Shown: positions 1 to 10,052, numbered from the stretch's first letter. The stretch is DNA of 64,000 nucleotides from an uncultured Alphaproteobacteria bacterium (GCA_902522465.1 CABYVV010000005.1:26361-90360), one strand, 5' to 3'. Notes: a model not told the origin generated them from the sequence alone. Made by a program: numbers and translations.

Positions 1-2
1 GA

Positions 3-512
3 AATTCATACGAATCTGAGGTTGGAACTTTTAAAAATTCATTGAAGACTGATACTAAAAACTTTCGTCAATTTCCAGAATGGGTAAAAAAAAATAAAAA
101 AATATTAGAAAATAAAAATATAGGAATATTTTGCACTGGTGGAATCAGATGTGAAAAAGCAAGTAGTTATATGTTAAAAATGGGTTTAAGAAATATATAT
201 CAACTAAATGGAGGAATAATAGAATATTTAAAAAAAACAAAAAACAAAAATAAATTCTGGAAAGGTGAATGTTTTGTTTTTGATGAAAGAGTAACACTTG
301 ATGAAAACTTAGAAAAAGGAAGTTATACCCAATGTTTTGCATGCAGATCACCTATCACCAAAAAAGAAAGAAAGTCATTGTTATTTAAGCCAGGAGTATC
401 ATGCCCTAAATGTCATGATATAAAAACTACAAATCAGAAAAAAAGATATAAAGAAAGACACAAACAAATTGAAATTGCCAAAAAAAAAAAAATTAGACAT
501 TTAGGTAGTTAA
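3..512 (+). CDS. trhO: Rhodanese-domain protein, TrhO/YceA-like (UPF0176, tRNA uridine(34) hydroxylase family). The 5' end is truncated by the window edge.
   Basis: Frame 3 is open from base 3. The rhodanese active-site loop CTGGIRCEKA and a C-terminal CxxC...CPKC zinc-ribbon-like tail are both typical of TrhO. The ORF track starts at the internal Met at 42. Confidence 0.6.
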   Translation, partial: NSYESEVGTFKNSLKTDTKNFRQFPEWVKKNKKILENKNIGIFCTGGIRCEKASSYMLKMGLRNIYQLNGGIIEYLKKTKNKNKFWKGECFVFDERVTLDENLEKGSYTQCFACRSPITKKERKSLLFKPGVSCPKCHDIKTTNQKKRYKERHKQIEIAKKKKIRHLGS

Positions 513-1570
513 TCACTGCCTAGTTTTGGTATTGAATATTTTTTCATTTTTTCGATTAAAGTTGTTCTATTTATTTTTAGACTGCGAGAGGCTTCTGTTA
601 CTGAACCCTTATTTTTCTTTAGAGCACCCTCAATCAAATTTAGTTCAACCTCACTAAGATGACGCCTAAGGTCAATTTTATCCATCATTTCAAACCATTT
701 TTTATAATCATTTGGATGAGGTAGAAAATTCATTTCAGTTTTTTCTGTTTTTATCTCTGTAAGTTCAGATGTCATTTCCCATAAAACATTTTTCTCATCT
801 TGATTATCAGGAAGATTGATTTTCAATAAATTTTCTTTGACATTTTTAGAAGTTATATTTTTTTTAGGGAATATTATAGCTGCCCTTTCAATTACATTTC
901 GTAGTTCTCTCACATTTCCTGGCCAAACATACTCCTGCAGTGCTTTGATGGCTGATGGATCAATTTGAGGTATAGAAGAACCACTTTTTTTTAACTCATC
1001 TAGAATGTGATCCACTAATACTGGAATGTCTTCTCTTCTTTCAGACAATGTCGGAATTTCGATAGGAAACACATTAATTCTGTAAAATAGATCCGCTCTA
1101 AAATGCCCTTCATCAATTTTTTTTTCTATATTCTGATGCGTTGCACAAATTAACCTTAAGTTGAGTTCAATTTCGTTTTTCCCACCAACGCGTTGAATTT
1201 TTCTAGTTTCAATTGCTCTTAGTAATTTAGCCTGAAGAGGAAGCGGCATATCCCCAATCTCATCTAAAAATAAGGTTCCGTTATCGGAAGATTCAAATCT
1301 TCCCTCTCGTCTTGAGTCAGCACCAGTAAATGCACCTTTCTCATGACCAAACAGTTCAGATTCTAATAGTTCTGATGGAATTGCTGCACAATTAACATTA
1401 ACCAAATCACCTTTTCTTTCTGATGAATTATGAATTGCTTTTGCAACAACGTCTTTTCCACAACCTGTTTCACCTCTTAACAAAACTGTTGAGTTAGACT
1501 GTGCAACCATACTCACTAATTTCTTTAATTGAATAGTTGCCTCACATTGGCCTTTTATTATATTTGACAT
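509..1570 (-). CDS. Sigma-54-dependent transcriptional activator. It has an AAA+ sigma-54 interaction domain and a C-terminal Fis-type HTH, but no N-terminal receiver or regulatory domain.
   Basis: Walker A GETGCGKD, the GAFTGA motif (EKGAFTGA), an arginine-finger region and a C-terminal HTH (RSLKINRTTLIEKMKKY). The protein begins directly with the AAA+ domain. Confidence 0.85.
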   Translation of the reverse strand: MSNIIKGQCEATIQLKKLVSMVAQSNSTVLLRGETGCGKDVVAKAIHNSSERKGDLVNVNCAAIPSELLESELFGHEKGAFTGADSRREGRFESSDNGTLFLDEIGDMPLPLQAKLLRAIETRKIQRVGGKNEIELNLRLICATHQNIEKKIDEGHFRADLFYRINVFPIEIPTLSERREDIPVLVDHILDELKKSGSSIPQIDPSAIKALQEYVWPGNVRELRNVIERAAIIFPKKNITSKNVKENLLKINLPDNQDEKNVLWEMTSELTEIKTEKTEMNFLPHPNDYKKWFEMMDKIDLRRHLSEVELNLIEGALKKNKGSVTEASRSLKINRTTLIEKMKKYSIPKLGSD

Positions 1571-1706
1571 TAGCTCACCTAAATGAATTTTATAATGTCA
1601 GAAAAATGACAATAATCAAATTTTAAAATTAAAAAAAAAAAAAAAATTATTTTAAGTCATTGATTTAGTTGTTAAAAAAATTGCAAAAAAAAAAAAATTA
1701 TTTATT

Positions 1707-1722
1707 TGGCAATATTTTTGCT
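1707..1722 (+). promoter_or_regulatory. Putative sigma-54 (-24/-12) promoter for the activator-fliE-fliF-fliG-fliH-fliI-fliJ operon.
   Basis: TGGCAA-N-TTTGC with GG(1708-09)-N10-GC(1720-21) spacing, 35 nt upstream of the start codon at 1756. It is preceded by two A13-A15 tracts. Confidence 0.5.
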
Positions 1723-1755
1723 TTCTAGGTTTTAGTAAAAAAAAAGGAATTAAAT

Positions 1756-2913
1756 ATGAAGGAAATATTTATAATTAAAGATTGCTTTGACTCTTATGAA
1801 GAGGTCCATAAGCATTTTTTAACAAAAGGTAATAATGTTAATGTATTAAGTTATGAAGAAGCAATCAATTTAAATTCTTCAAAATCAATAGTTGTAATTC
1901 ATCAAAAATTAGAAGAAAAAAAGGGTGGTAAATCAGAAATATTGAAATTTGCAAGGGATATTGGTTGTATTAAAATTATAACTATAAACTCTAACTATGA
2001 TAATGGATATTCAATTTGTAAAGAGATGGGTGGGGCATACATAAAGTTATCCTTCAAAAACATCGATGAAGTTATAAAAGAAATTATTTTCCAGATAATC
2101 TCAACTGAGAAATATAGTTTTTCAGATAAAAAAACAATCTGTCTTGTAAATATGGTTGAAAAGGTTGCAACAACTGACGTAACTGTTTTCATTCACGGAC
2201 CTACTGGAACCGGAAAAGAAGTAATTTCCAACCTTATACACAAGAAATCAGATAGGGCAGACAAACCATTTATTGCAATTAATTGTGCTGCTATCCCAGA
2301 AAATATGCTAGAAGCAATGTTATTTGGCCATGAAAAAGGGGCATTTACCGGTGCTTCCTCAGCAAATAAAGGGATTTTTAGAGCAGCTGATACAGGAACC
2401 CTATTATTGGATGAAATTTCTGAAATGCCATTGTCGCTTCAAGCTAAACTCCTAAGAGTCTTACAAGAAAAAAAGGTAACTCCTATTGGGGGTCAAAGAG
2501 ACATTGATGTAAATGTAAGGGTAATTGCAACTACAAATAGAGATATGTTGAATGAGGTAAAAGAGAAAAAGTTTCGAGAGGATTTATATTATAGATTAAA
2601 TGTTTTTCCAATTGAAACTCACAATTTATCTGAAAGACCAGATGATATTTTACCCATCAGCATTGCTTTACTGAATAGACATACTGAAGAAAGTTTTTTA
2701 CCTTATATAAGTGACGAGGCACAAAAAATTCTAAGAGAATACAGTTGGCCAGGAAACGTAAGAGAACTTGAAAATGTTCTACAAAGAGCAATAGTTCTAT
2801 GTGAAAACAATATAATAGATGAAAAAGACATAATGATTGATGTCTCAAAACAGAGTAATTTTTATAATAATATTCAAGAAAACTTATCAGAAAAAAAAGC
2901 AATACAAGCTTAA
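1756..2913 (+). CDS. Sigma-54-dependent activator. It has an N-terminal degenerate receiver-like (FleQ-type) domain plus the AAA+ domain, and appears to lack the C-terminal HTH.
   Basis: Walker A GPTGTGKE, GAFTGA (EKGAFTGA) and an ESFLPY...WPGNVRELEN region. The roughly 130 aa N-terminal domain has His rather than Asp at the expected phospho-acceptor position (VVIHQKL). The C-terminus ends soon after the AAA+ lid with no Fis-like helix-turn-helix. Confidence 0.8.
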   Translation: MKEIFIIKDCFDSYEEVHKHFLTKGNNVNVLSYEEAINLNSSKSIVVIHQKLEEKKGGKSEILKFARDIGCIKIITINSNYDNGYSICKEMGGAYIKLSFKNIDEVIKEIIFQIISTEKYSFSDKKTICLVNMVEKVATTDVTVFIHGPTGTGKEVISNLIHKKSDRADKPFIAINCAAIPENMLEAMLFGHEKGAFTGASSANKGIFRAADTGTLLLDEISEMPLSLQAKLLRVLQEKKVTPIGGQRDIDVNVRVIATTNRDMLNEVKEKKFREDLYYRLNVFPIETHNLSERPDDILPISIALLNRHTEESFLPYISDEAQKILREYSWPGNVRELENVLQRAIVLCENNIIDEKDIMIDVSKQSNFYNNIQENLSEKKAIQA

Positions 2914-2929
2914 AAATTTAGGAGAAAAA

Positions 2930-3268
2930 ATGAAACCAAGTCTTACAAATCTTAAACCAACAGTTACAATGCCCAGCAATCAAACTGAAATAAAAAATAT
3001 TCAAGAAGAGGTTGCTAACTTATCACCAAAAATAATTGAACCACAGGATGGAGGATTTTTGGAGAATATTAAATCAGCAATTCAAGAGGTTTCCGATACC
3101 CAAAAGCAAAGTGCCGAACTTACAAAAAACTTTGAACTCGGGCTAGAAAACGATTTAACCAAGGTTATGATCCAGCAACAATTGTCAAGTTTAGGGTTCC
3201 AGATGACTTTGAATGTAAGAAATAAAGTACTGAGTGCATATAAAGATATAATGAATATGCCTGTTTAA
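2930..3268 (+). CDS. fliE: Flagellar hook-basal body complex protein FliE.
   Basis: 112 aa. The C-terminus VMIQQQLSSLGFQMTLNVRNKVLSAYKDIMNMPV matches the FliE signature. The RBS GGAGAAAAAA lies immediately upstream. The ORF-track start at 2837 overlaps the upstream gene and was rejected. Confidence 0.8.
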   Translation: MKPSLTNLKPTVTMPSNQTEIKNIQEEVANLSPKIIEPQDGGFLENIKSAIQEVSDTQKQSAELTKNFELGLENDLTKVMIQQQLSSLGFQMTLNVRNKVLSAYKDIMNMPV

Positions 3269-3285
3269 ATTAAAAGGAAAAGATT

Positions 3286-5007
3286 ATGGCTGAAGACATA
3301 CAAACTGCTGAATTAGCAAAGACTCAAATAACCAATCAGGGAATTTTAGCAAATATTGGAAATTCACTTGAAAAAATAAAAAAATTCTCAAATGAACCCG
3401 CTGTTCAAAGATCAATTCCTGTTATGATTACCTTATTTGTAATATTCATAGGTTTAGTTTTTTTTATATCCTTTAGAGAACCATCAAGAACAACTCTATT
3501 TTCTGCACTACCAGAACACGAGAAATCAAGAGTCATGGACGTTTTAAGAGCTAATGGTATTGATGTATCAATCGATAGAACTACAGGTGAGATTTTAGTT
3601 CCATCTCCAGAATATTATGAAGCAAAAATGAAACTTGCAGCTGAAGGACTTCCAAGCTCTGTTCCTCAGGGATATGATGTTTTAGAGAAAATACCAATGG
3701 GAACTAGTAGATCAGTTGAATTTATGAAAATGAAACAAACGCAAGAAATCGAACTTGCGCGATCAATAAATGAAATAGCTAATATTGTTGGAGCTAGAGT
3801 GCATCTTGCAATTCCAGAAAAATCGGTTTTTGTAAGAGATTCTTCTCCACCAACTGCCTCGGTTTTTGTAAAATTAGCTGATGGAAGAGCCCTAGGCTTG
3901 GAACAGATTCGTTCAATAGTACATATTGTTTCTTCATCTATTCCAAACATGACATCAGATAACGTTACTGTGGTAGATCAATATGGTTCACTTCTATCTA
4001 AACCTGAAGATGATCCAAATCTTGCAATGACCGAAAAACAGTTGGCTCACAGAGTAAAAATAGAATCTATTTACAGGGAAAGAATTTTATCATTGGTTTC
4101 TCCTATCGTAGGAGCTGGAAATCTAACAGCTCAGGTTAATGTTGAAATGGACTTTACAAGTAATCAAACAACCGAAGAAATTTTTGATCCAGAAAGCATT
4201 TCAACTAGAAGTGAACAAAATAGTCAAGATGAGTCTACTGATAGACCAGCCAGAGGAGTTCCAGGTGCTGTAGCAAATCAAGCTCCACTTGCTGCGGATT
4301 TACAGGTGGCAGCCCCCGAAACTGGTGAGCCAGCGGAATTTAAACAAAGATCTTCTAGTAATGTGAAAAATTATGAAGTTAGTAAAAAACTTAGTACAAC
4401 AGTTGGACAGATTGGAAAAATTAAAAAAGTAAAAACAGCAGTTTTAGTCAAAAATAAAATCGTTGAAACTCCAGAAGGTACGATTTCGCAACCCATTAGT
4501 GACGAAGACAAAGAGAAAATTACCTCTTTAGTGAAAGAAGCAGTAGGTTTTAACGAAGATAGAGAAGATTCTATCGTAGTAACTAGTGGAGATTTTATTC
4601 AAGAAATGGATGTTATCTCAAAAAAATGGTATGAAGAATCTTGGTTTCAAAATATGATTGGACAACTATCAACTGTTCTTATTCTAGCAATTGTAACATT
4701 CGGAGCTTTAAAACCTCTGTTAAACAGAATTTTAGTACCATCAGCAGGAGTAGCAGGTGCGCCTGGTGGAGCTTCAGAAGCTGATCTAGAAGCTGAAGAA
4801 GCTGAAGATGAAGTCCAAGTTCAAGAAGGTGAATCTTTAGAAGATATTAAAGCTAAACTAAAACCAAAAAAATCAACAATCTCAGCAGATATGCTTGATA
4901 CAGCAAATACTTACGATGACAAGGTTGCTGTAATACGAATGATTGTTGGTGATGAAGCTGGAAAAGTTTCTAACGTATTCAGACAATTAATGAAAAAAGA
5001 TGTATAA
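3286..5007 (+). CDS. fliF: Flagellar MS-ring protein FliF.
   Basis: 573 aa. It has an N-terminal TM segment, a YscJ/FliF family core and a C-terminal TM segment, in the right position between fliE and fliG. Confidence 0.9.
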   Translation: MAEDIQTAELAKTQITNQGILANIGNSLEKIKKFSNEPAVQRSIPVMITLFVIFIGLVFFISFREPSRTTLFSALPEHEKSRVMDVLRANGIDVSIDRTTGEILVPSPEYYEAKMKLAAEGLPSSVPQGYDVLEKIPMGTSRSVEFMKMKQTQEIELARSINEIANIVGARVHLAIPEKSVFVRDSSPPTASVFVKLADGRALGLEQIRSIVHIVSSSIPNMTSDNVTVVDQYGSLLSKPEDDPNLAMTEKQLAHRVKIESIYRERILSLVSPIVGAGNLTAQVNVEMDFTSNQTTEEIFDPESISTRSEQNSQDESTDRPARGVPGAVANQAPLAADLQVAAPETGEPAEFKQRSSSNVKNYEVSKKLSTTVGQIGKIKKVKTAVLVKNKIVETPEGTISQPISDEDKEKITSLVKEAVGFNEDREDSIVVTSGDFIQEMDVISKKWYEESWFQNMIGQLSTVLILAIVTFGALKPLLNRILVPSAGVAGAPGGASEADLEAEEAEDEVQVQEGESLEDIKAKLKPKKSTISADMLDTANTYDDKVAVIRMIVGDEAGKVSNVFRQLMKKDV

Positions 5008-5030
5008 TAATCTTTATAAGGAGTATACAG

Positions 5031-6080
5031 ATGGCTGAAAAAGCTAAGGAAGAAAGTAAGGAAGAAGAAGAAAAGTCACAATACGAGCAGCTAACTAGCA
5101 CTCAAAAATGTGCAATTCTAATGATGTTACTGGGAGAAGAAGAAGCTTCAGAAATTCTTAAAAACCTTGGACCAAAAGAAGTTCAACAGTTGGGTAAAGA
5201 AATGTACAACGTTCAGGGTTTAGATCAAGATACAGTAAACCGGGTTCTTGATGAATTCCTAGCAATAATAAAAACGCAAACTGATCTAGGTATGGGGTCA
5301 ACTAATTATATAAGAAATGTAATGACAAAAGCACTTGGAGAAAATAAGGCACAATCAGTTTTAGGGAGAATAACTCCAACTGAAAGTGATAAGCCAATTG
5401 AAATTTTAGATTGGATGGACGCAAGATCTGTTGCAGAACTAATTTCTGATGAGCACCCGCAGATTATGGCGTTAATAATTTCATACCTTGAAGCTGGTGT
5501 TGCAGCCGACGTTCTTACTCTATTACCCGAGGAAACACAGTCAGACATAATACATAGAATTGCTACATTAGAAACGGTTCAACCCGATGCACTGGCAGAG
5601 TTAGAGAGAGTCATGCAACTAAAGTTCAAAACAAATACATCTTTACGCGCATCATCTGTAGGAGGTGTAAAGGATGCAGCATCTATAATGAACTTTACTA
5701 AACAAAATATGGAACAAAGAATCATGAAAACACTGGGTGAGAAAGATAGAAACCTAGCGAAAGAAATACAAGAAAGTATGTTTACATTTGACACACTGAT
5801 TTTAATGGACGATAGAAGTATGCAAACACTTTTAAGGAATGTTGATCAAGAAATTTTAATCATTGCTCTCAAAGGAACAGAAGACGAATTAAAAGATAAA
5901 ATTTTTTCTTGTATGTCACAAAGAGCCTCTGCAAATATAAGAGACGAGATGGAGGTGCTTGGACCATTAAGATTAACAGAGGTTCAGGAAGCCCAAAAAG
6001 CTATCATTAATGTAGCTAGAACAATGTCTGATGAAGGAACTATTGTTCTTGCTGGAAGAGGTGGAGATGACTTTGTATGA
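5031..6080 (+). CDS. fliG: Flagellar motor switch protein FliG.
   Basis: 349 aa. The FliG middle and C-terminal domains are present and the protein ends ...EGTIVLAGRGGDDFV. Gene order also supports the call. Confidence 0.9.
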   Translation: MAEKAKEESKEEEEKSQYEQLTSTQKCAILMMLLGEEEASEILKNLGPKEVQQLGKEMYNVQGLDQDTVNRVLDEFLAIIKTQTDLGMGSTNYIRNVMTKALGENKAQSVLGRITPTESDKPIEILDWMDARSVAELISDEHPQIMALIISYLEAGVAADVLTLLPEETQSDIIHRIATLETVQPDALAELERVMQLKFKTNTSLRASSVGGVKDAASIMNFTKQNMEQRIMKTLGEKDRNLAKEIQESMFTFDTLILMDDRSMQTLLRNVDQEILIIALKGTEDELKDKIFSCMSQRASANIRDEMEVLGPLRLTEVQEAQKAIINVARTMSDEGTIVLAGRGGDDFV

Positions 6081-6967
6081 TGCCATTAAAAGAAAATGAG
6101 GAATCTGCTAATAAAGTAGAAAAAGTTTCTGGAGCATTAAGCACAGAAGAAATAGTAAGTTTATTAAGCAAAAGTAATAAAGATTTTATAAAAGAATCTG
6201 AGATTTCGTCCACCATAACAAATCTATTTAAAAAGATTACTCCAAAAATCCTTGCAAAAAAAAAAGAGGATGATGACTTAAAAATTAAAAATGAAACGGA
6301 AAAACAAACCGAAGAACTTCTTGAAGAAGTAAAACCTCAGGATATTGAAAATGACGAAAAAAAAGATCCTGTATTAGAAAAGAAATATACAGAAGCTGAA
6401 GCACAAAAATTAGCTAATGAATATGCCAAACAATATTACAACAATGGATACAAACTAGGGGTTAAGAAAACCACAGAAGAATTACAGAAAGGCGATATGG
6501 CTCTAGCTGTTACATTCAAGAAAACTGCTGATAATATCTTTGCGGTTACACCAGATTTTTCAAAAAAATTAACTCTTTCAATTAATAAGCTTATTTTAAA
6601 AATAACTAATGAAGTTTTAGGTTATGAAATTGATAACAATAACCCAATTTTTCAAAATAAAATAAAAGAACTTGTTAATTCAATTGAAAAATCAGTTAAT
6701 GCTGTGGAGATTTATCTTAATGAGCAAGATTTAAAATCAATTAGTGATTATAACAAACAAAATAATATTTCTTTTTCTTATAAATTACTCCCTGATTCAA
6801 AACTTCAAAGAGGAGATTTAAGAGTTAAATCTGGATCAATTGAAGTTGGAGACATCGTATCCAATAAAATTAATTTTTCTGATTCAAATGACTTAAATTT
6901 GAATTTAAAGTTTGATTCTAATAATGATAAATTAAGTAATCAACCAAAACAAAAACCTAATACTTGA
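6077..6967 (+). CDS. fliH: Flagellar assembly protein FliH, the negative regulator of FliI.
   Basis: It sits between fliG and fliI with a 4 nt overlap to fliG. The protein is charged and coiled-coil rich with a FliH-like C-terminal domain. The call rests mostly on position. Confidence 0.6.
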   Translation: MMPLKENEESANKVEKVSGALSTEEIVSLLSKSNKDFIKESEISSTITNLFKKITPKILAKKKEDDDLKIKNETEKQTEELLEEVKPQDIENDEKKDPVLEKKYTEAEAQKLANEYAKQYYNNGYKLGVKKTTEELQKGDMALAVTFKKTADNIFAVTPDFSKKLTLSINKLILKITNEVLGYEIDNNNPIFQNKIKELVNSIEKSVNAVEIYLNEQDLKSISDYNKQNNISFSYKLLPDSKLQRGDLRVKSGSIEVGDIVSNKINFSDSNDLNLNLKFDSNNDKLSNQPKQKPNT

Positions 6968-6968
6968 T

Positions 6969-8288
6969 ATGATTCTTGCTGAGAACATATTAAGGAATGC
7001 TGAAAAGCATAGAATAAGTAGAAATAGAATCTACAAAAGTAAAACAACAAAATTTGATGGAAAAGTTGTTGAATGCGATTCTTTTCCCTCGCCTATCGGA
7101 ACAATTTGTCAAATTGAATGTGATGATAAAACTTATGTAACAGGAGAAATTATAGGATTCAAGGAAAATAAAAATATAATCGCAGTTCATGAAATGAATG
7201 CCAATATAATCTTAGGATCTACAATCAAAGTTTTAAACTCATCAAATGATATCGAAGTCGGTCCTCAAATTCTCGGAAGAGTGGTCGATGCGTTTGGAAA
7301 ACCAATTGATGGAGGTGACGACAATATTGGACTAAATGAACTTTGGCCAATAAATGGAAAAAATATAAATCCAATGAACAGAAAACCAATTAATGAAGTT
7401 TTAGACGTTGGTATTAGAGCTATAAACTCATTATTTACAGTTGGAAGAGGCCAAAGGTTAGGAATAATTGCAGGCTCAGGTGTAGGCAAGTCCATATTAT
7501 TGGGTATGATGACAAAATTCACCAATGCTGATGTAGTTGTTGTTGCGTTAATTGGAGAAAGAGGAAGAGAGCTAGGTAATTTTGTATCAGAAATTTTGAA
7601 TGATGAATCAAGAAAAAGGACTGTAACTGTAGCTGTTCCAGCTGATAAATCTCCTTTGTTAAGAATAAAAGGAGCAGAACGAGCAACATCTATTGCCGAA
7701 TATTTCAGATCAAAGGGTAAAAATGTTTTACTAATCATGGATTCCCTTACAAGAATTGCTCATGCGAAAAGAGAAGTTGGTTTAGCATTAGGAGAACAAC
7801 CAACATCAAAGGGCTATCCTCCTTCAGTAATTTCTATGATTCCAAGTCTGATTGAAAGAACAGGAACTGGTTCCAAAGATGAAGGAACAATCACAAGTTT
7901 TTACACAATTCTCGCAGACTCTGATGACACAAATGATCCTGTCGTCGATACAGCTCGAGCAATATTGGATGGCCATATTGTTCTTTCTAGAGAACTGGCA
8001 CAATTAGGAATTTTTCCTGCAATAGATTTAAATCAATCACTAAGTAGAGTAATGAATTCCATAGTTTCTGATGAACACCAGAATAAATCTGAAATTATAA
8101 AGAAATTTTATTCAATATATCAAGAAAATAAAGATCTTGTTCTGATGGGCGGATACAATCAAGGACAAAATGCTGATATAGACAGTGCCTTGATAAATTG
8201 GCCTAAAATTTGCGAGTTAATCAAACAAAATTATAAGGTAAAATCTGATTTTAATAGTAGCTACGAAAGTTTAAATAAAATAAATTAA
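6969..8288 (+). CDS. fliI: Flagellum-specific ATP synthase FliI.
   Basis: Walker A GSGVGKS, Walker B LLIMDSLTR, and F1/T3SS ATPase-family similarity throughout. Confidence 0.9.
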   Translation: MILAENILRNAEKHRISRNRIYKSKTTKFDGKVVECDSFPSPIGTICQIECDDKTYVTGEIIGFKENKNIIAVHEMNANIILGSTIKVLNSSNDIEVGPQILGRVVDAFGKPIDGGDDNIGLNELWPINGKNINPMNRKPINEVLDVGIRAINSLFTVGRGQRLGIIAGSGVGKSILLGMMTKFTNADVVVVALIGERGRELGNFVSEILNDESRKRTVTVAVPADKSPLLRIKGAERATSIAEYFRSKGKNVLLIMDSLTRIAHAKREVGLALGEQPTSKGYPPSVISMIPSLIERTGTGSKDEGTITSFYTILADSDDTNDPVVDTARAILDGHIVLSRELAQLGIFPAIDLNQSLSRVMNSIVSDEHQNKSEIIKKFYSIYQENKDLVLMGGYNQGQNADIDSALINWPKICELIKQNYKVKSDFNSSYESLNKIN

Positions 8289-8702
8289 ATGAAAAAAAAT
8301 AAATACGATACTTTCTTAATTCTTAAAAAGCTAAAAAAAAATAAATTACTTAATAATTTGAACACACTGAGTATTGAAAAAGATAAAATTAAATTAGTCA
8401 AAGAAACCTTGCATGAAATGATAGATGCTTCAAATATTGATAATTTTGAAGAAACCTTAGGTTCTACATTAAAAGTAAGAGCTAATTTTAGGCAAAATTT
8501 AATGAACAAACTTGAAATTTCATCTAATAGGCAAAATCATTTGCAGAATGAGATCAACAACAATCTCTCTGCCATTGGAAAGATTGAAAAACAAAAAGAG
8601 AAAATTCTAGAAAAAAAAAAAATAGAAGAAGAAAAAAAGCAAAATCTCATCGAATTAAAAAAAGATAATTATTTTAAACCTAAAAATTTCATTCCTTTTT
8701 AG
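8289..8702 (+). CDS. fliJ: Flagellar export chaperone FliJ.
   Basis: A 137 aa coiled-coil protein immediately after fliI. The call rests on position and size. Confidence 0.6.
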   Translation: MKKNKYDTFLILKKLKKNKLLNNLNTLSIEKDKIKLVKETLHEMIDASNIDNFEETLGSTLKVRANFRQNLMNKLEISSNRQNHLQNEINNNLSAIGKIEKQKEKILEKKKIEEEKKQNLIELKKDNYFKPKNFIPF

Positions 8703-8705
8703 GAG

Positions 8706-8721
8706 TGGCACTATAATTGCA
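8706..8721 (+). promoter_or_regulatory. Sigma-54 promoter in front of the fliK-fliL-fliM-fliN operon.
   Basis: A perfect consensus, TGGCAC-tataa-TTGCA, directly after the fliJ stop and 24 nt before the fliK ATG. Confidence 0.65.
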
Positions 8722-8744
8722 GAATTGTTAGTAAAAAGGCAGTT

Positions 8745-10025
8745 ATGGTTGCAATAAATAATAATTTAAACGAAAAATTCAAAATTCTTACTTCAAAAAA
8801 CGCATTTGATCAAAATGATCAATTATTTGCGGAATTATTTGCATTGATGAATTCAAATGTTGTCAGCAGTAAAGAAAAAGAAGTTCTTCAGAATATCATC
8901 ACTGAATCAAATGAAAACTCGTCGGCAAAAAAACTTTTAGATTCAAGTCAAATCAATTCCATCAATAATACTTCAAAGACTTCTGTCAATGAAAATGAGT
9001 TAGCATTAGCCAAATCACTTGCGGAAATTTTTTATAAAGAACTTGGAATCGATGAAAATTCTCAATTGCCTGATAAGATTAAAGAGTTGTCGAATAAGGA
9101 AAATTTTAATATTAGACCAGATTTAAGTAAAAATGATGTTAAAGACCTACATAAATCATTAGATCTGTTTGAAGAAAAAGAGATTGAAGATAGATCACCA
9201 AGAAATTTAACAATCAAAATAGAAAAAAAAGTTTTTGACAATAGTAAAAAACAACATCATCAAATACAAATTGGTTCAAGTCTAGATGTAAAATTTAATA
9301 AAACTATTAATAAAGAACCAAAATTAAATATTTCGAAAAATGAAAAAATTTTAAATATTAGTCAAAATTCTGCTCAAGTAGAGAAAAAAATAAAAAAGAA
9401 AAATAAACAACTTGGTCAAAGTTCAAAAAGTGTATTCGAGGATATTAAAACACAAATAAATGAGGCCAAAGGAGATATAAAAACAGCACGAGTTAATAAT
9501 ATAAAAACACAAACTCCAAGAGATAATAAAATCTCAATTAAAAAGGAATCCTTTGAAAAAAATGACACTAAGACATTGGATAACAAACAAACTTTCGCAA
9601 ACCTTAACAATAAAGAATTTTTAAATTTGCTAGAAAGTAGTTGGGGAGAGAAGTTTTCTAAAATAATCAAGAATTCAGTAAACAATGGTAATAATAAAGT
9701 AGAAATAGAACTCAAACCCCACAATTTAGGAAAACTTAATTTAGAAGTTTCACTAAAAAACAATAAAACTTTCATTAACATCAGCTCGGAAAATCAAGAA
9801 GTTGTAAATATACTGAATGAAAACCTTCCTCGCTTTACTGAAATAATTGACAAAGAAAATAAATCATTTTCAAGTTTTGTTAATACTAATAATCAAAATG
9901 GTAACTTCGGTGAAAACAAAGAAAAGAAAACTGTAATTTCACAGGACAACTTAATAAAAAAGAAAAAGAATATTGAATCAAAGATTAATAAAATTAGTAA
10001 TCATAATATTGATGTGAATGCTTAA
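8745..10025 (+). CDS. fliK: Flagellar hook-length control protein FliK.
   Basis: A low-complexity N/K/S-rich N-terminal region and a C-terminal Flg_hook-like domain (VEIELKPHNLGKLNLEVSLKNNKTFINISSENQEV..NENLPRFTEII). It sits after fliJ. Confidence 0.65.
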   Translation: MVAINNNLNEKFKILTSKNAFDQNDQLFAELFALMNSNVVSSKEKEVLQNIITESNENSSAKKLLDSSQINSINNTSKTSVNENELALAKSLAEIFYKELGIDENSQLPDKIKELSNKENFNIRPDLSKNDVKDLHKSLDLFEEKEIEDRSPRNLTIKIEKKVFDNSKKQHHQIQIGSSLDVKFNKTINKEPKLNISKNEKILNISQNSAQVEKKIKKKNKQLGQSSKSVFEDIKTQINEAKGDIKTARVNNIKTQTPRDNKISIKKESFEKNDTKTLDNKQTFANLNNKEFLNLLESSWGEKFSKIIKNSVNNGNNKVEIELKPHNLGKLNLEVSLKNNKTFINISSENQEVVNILNENLPRFTEIIDKENKSFSSFVNTNNQNGNFGENKEKKTVISQDNLIKKKKNIESKINKISNHNIDVNA

Positions 10026-10052
10026 TTGATTTAAAGTATTAAGGAGAAAAAA

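Noticed and set aside
2837-2929. An extended N-terminus of fliE, from the ORF-track start at 2837.
   Set aside because: It overlaps the upstream activator by 77 nt. The internal ATG at 2930 has a GGAG RBS and gives a FliE of typical length.
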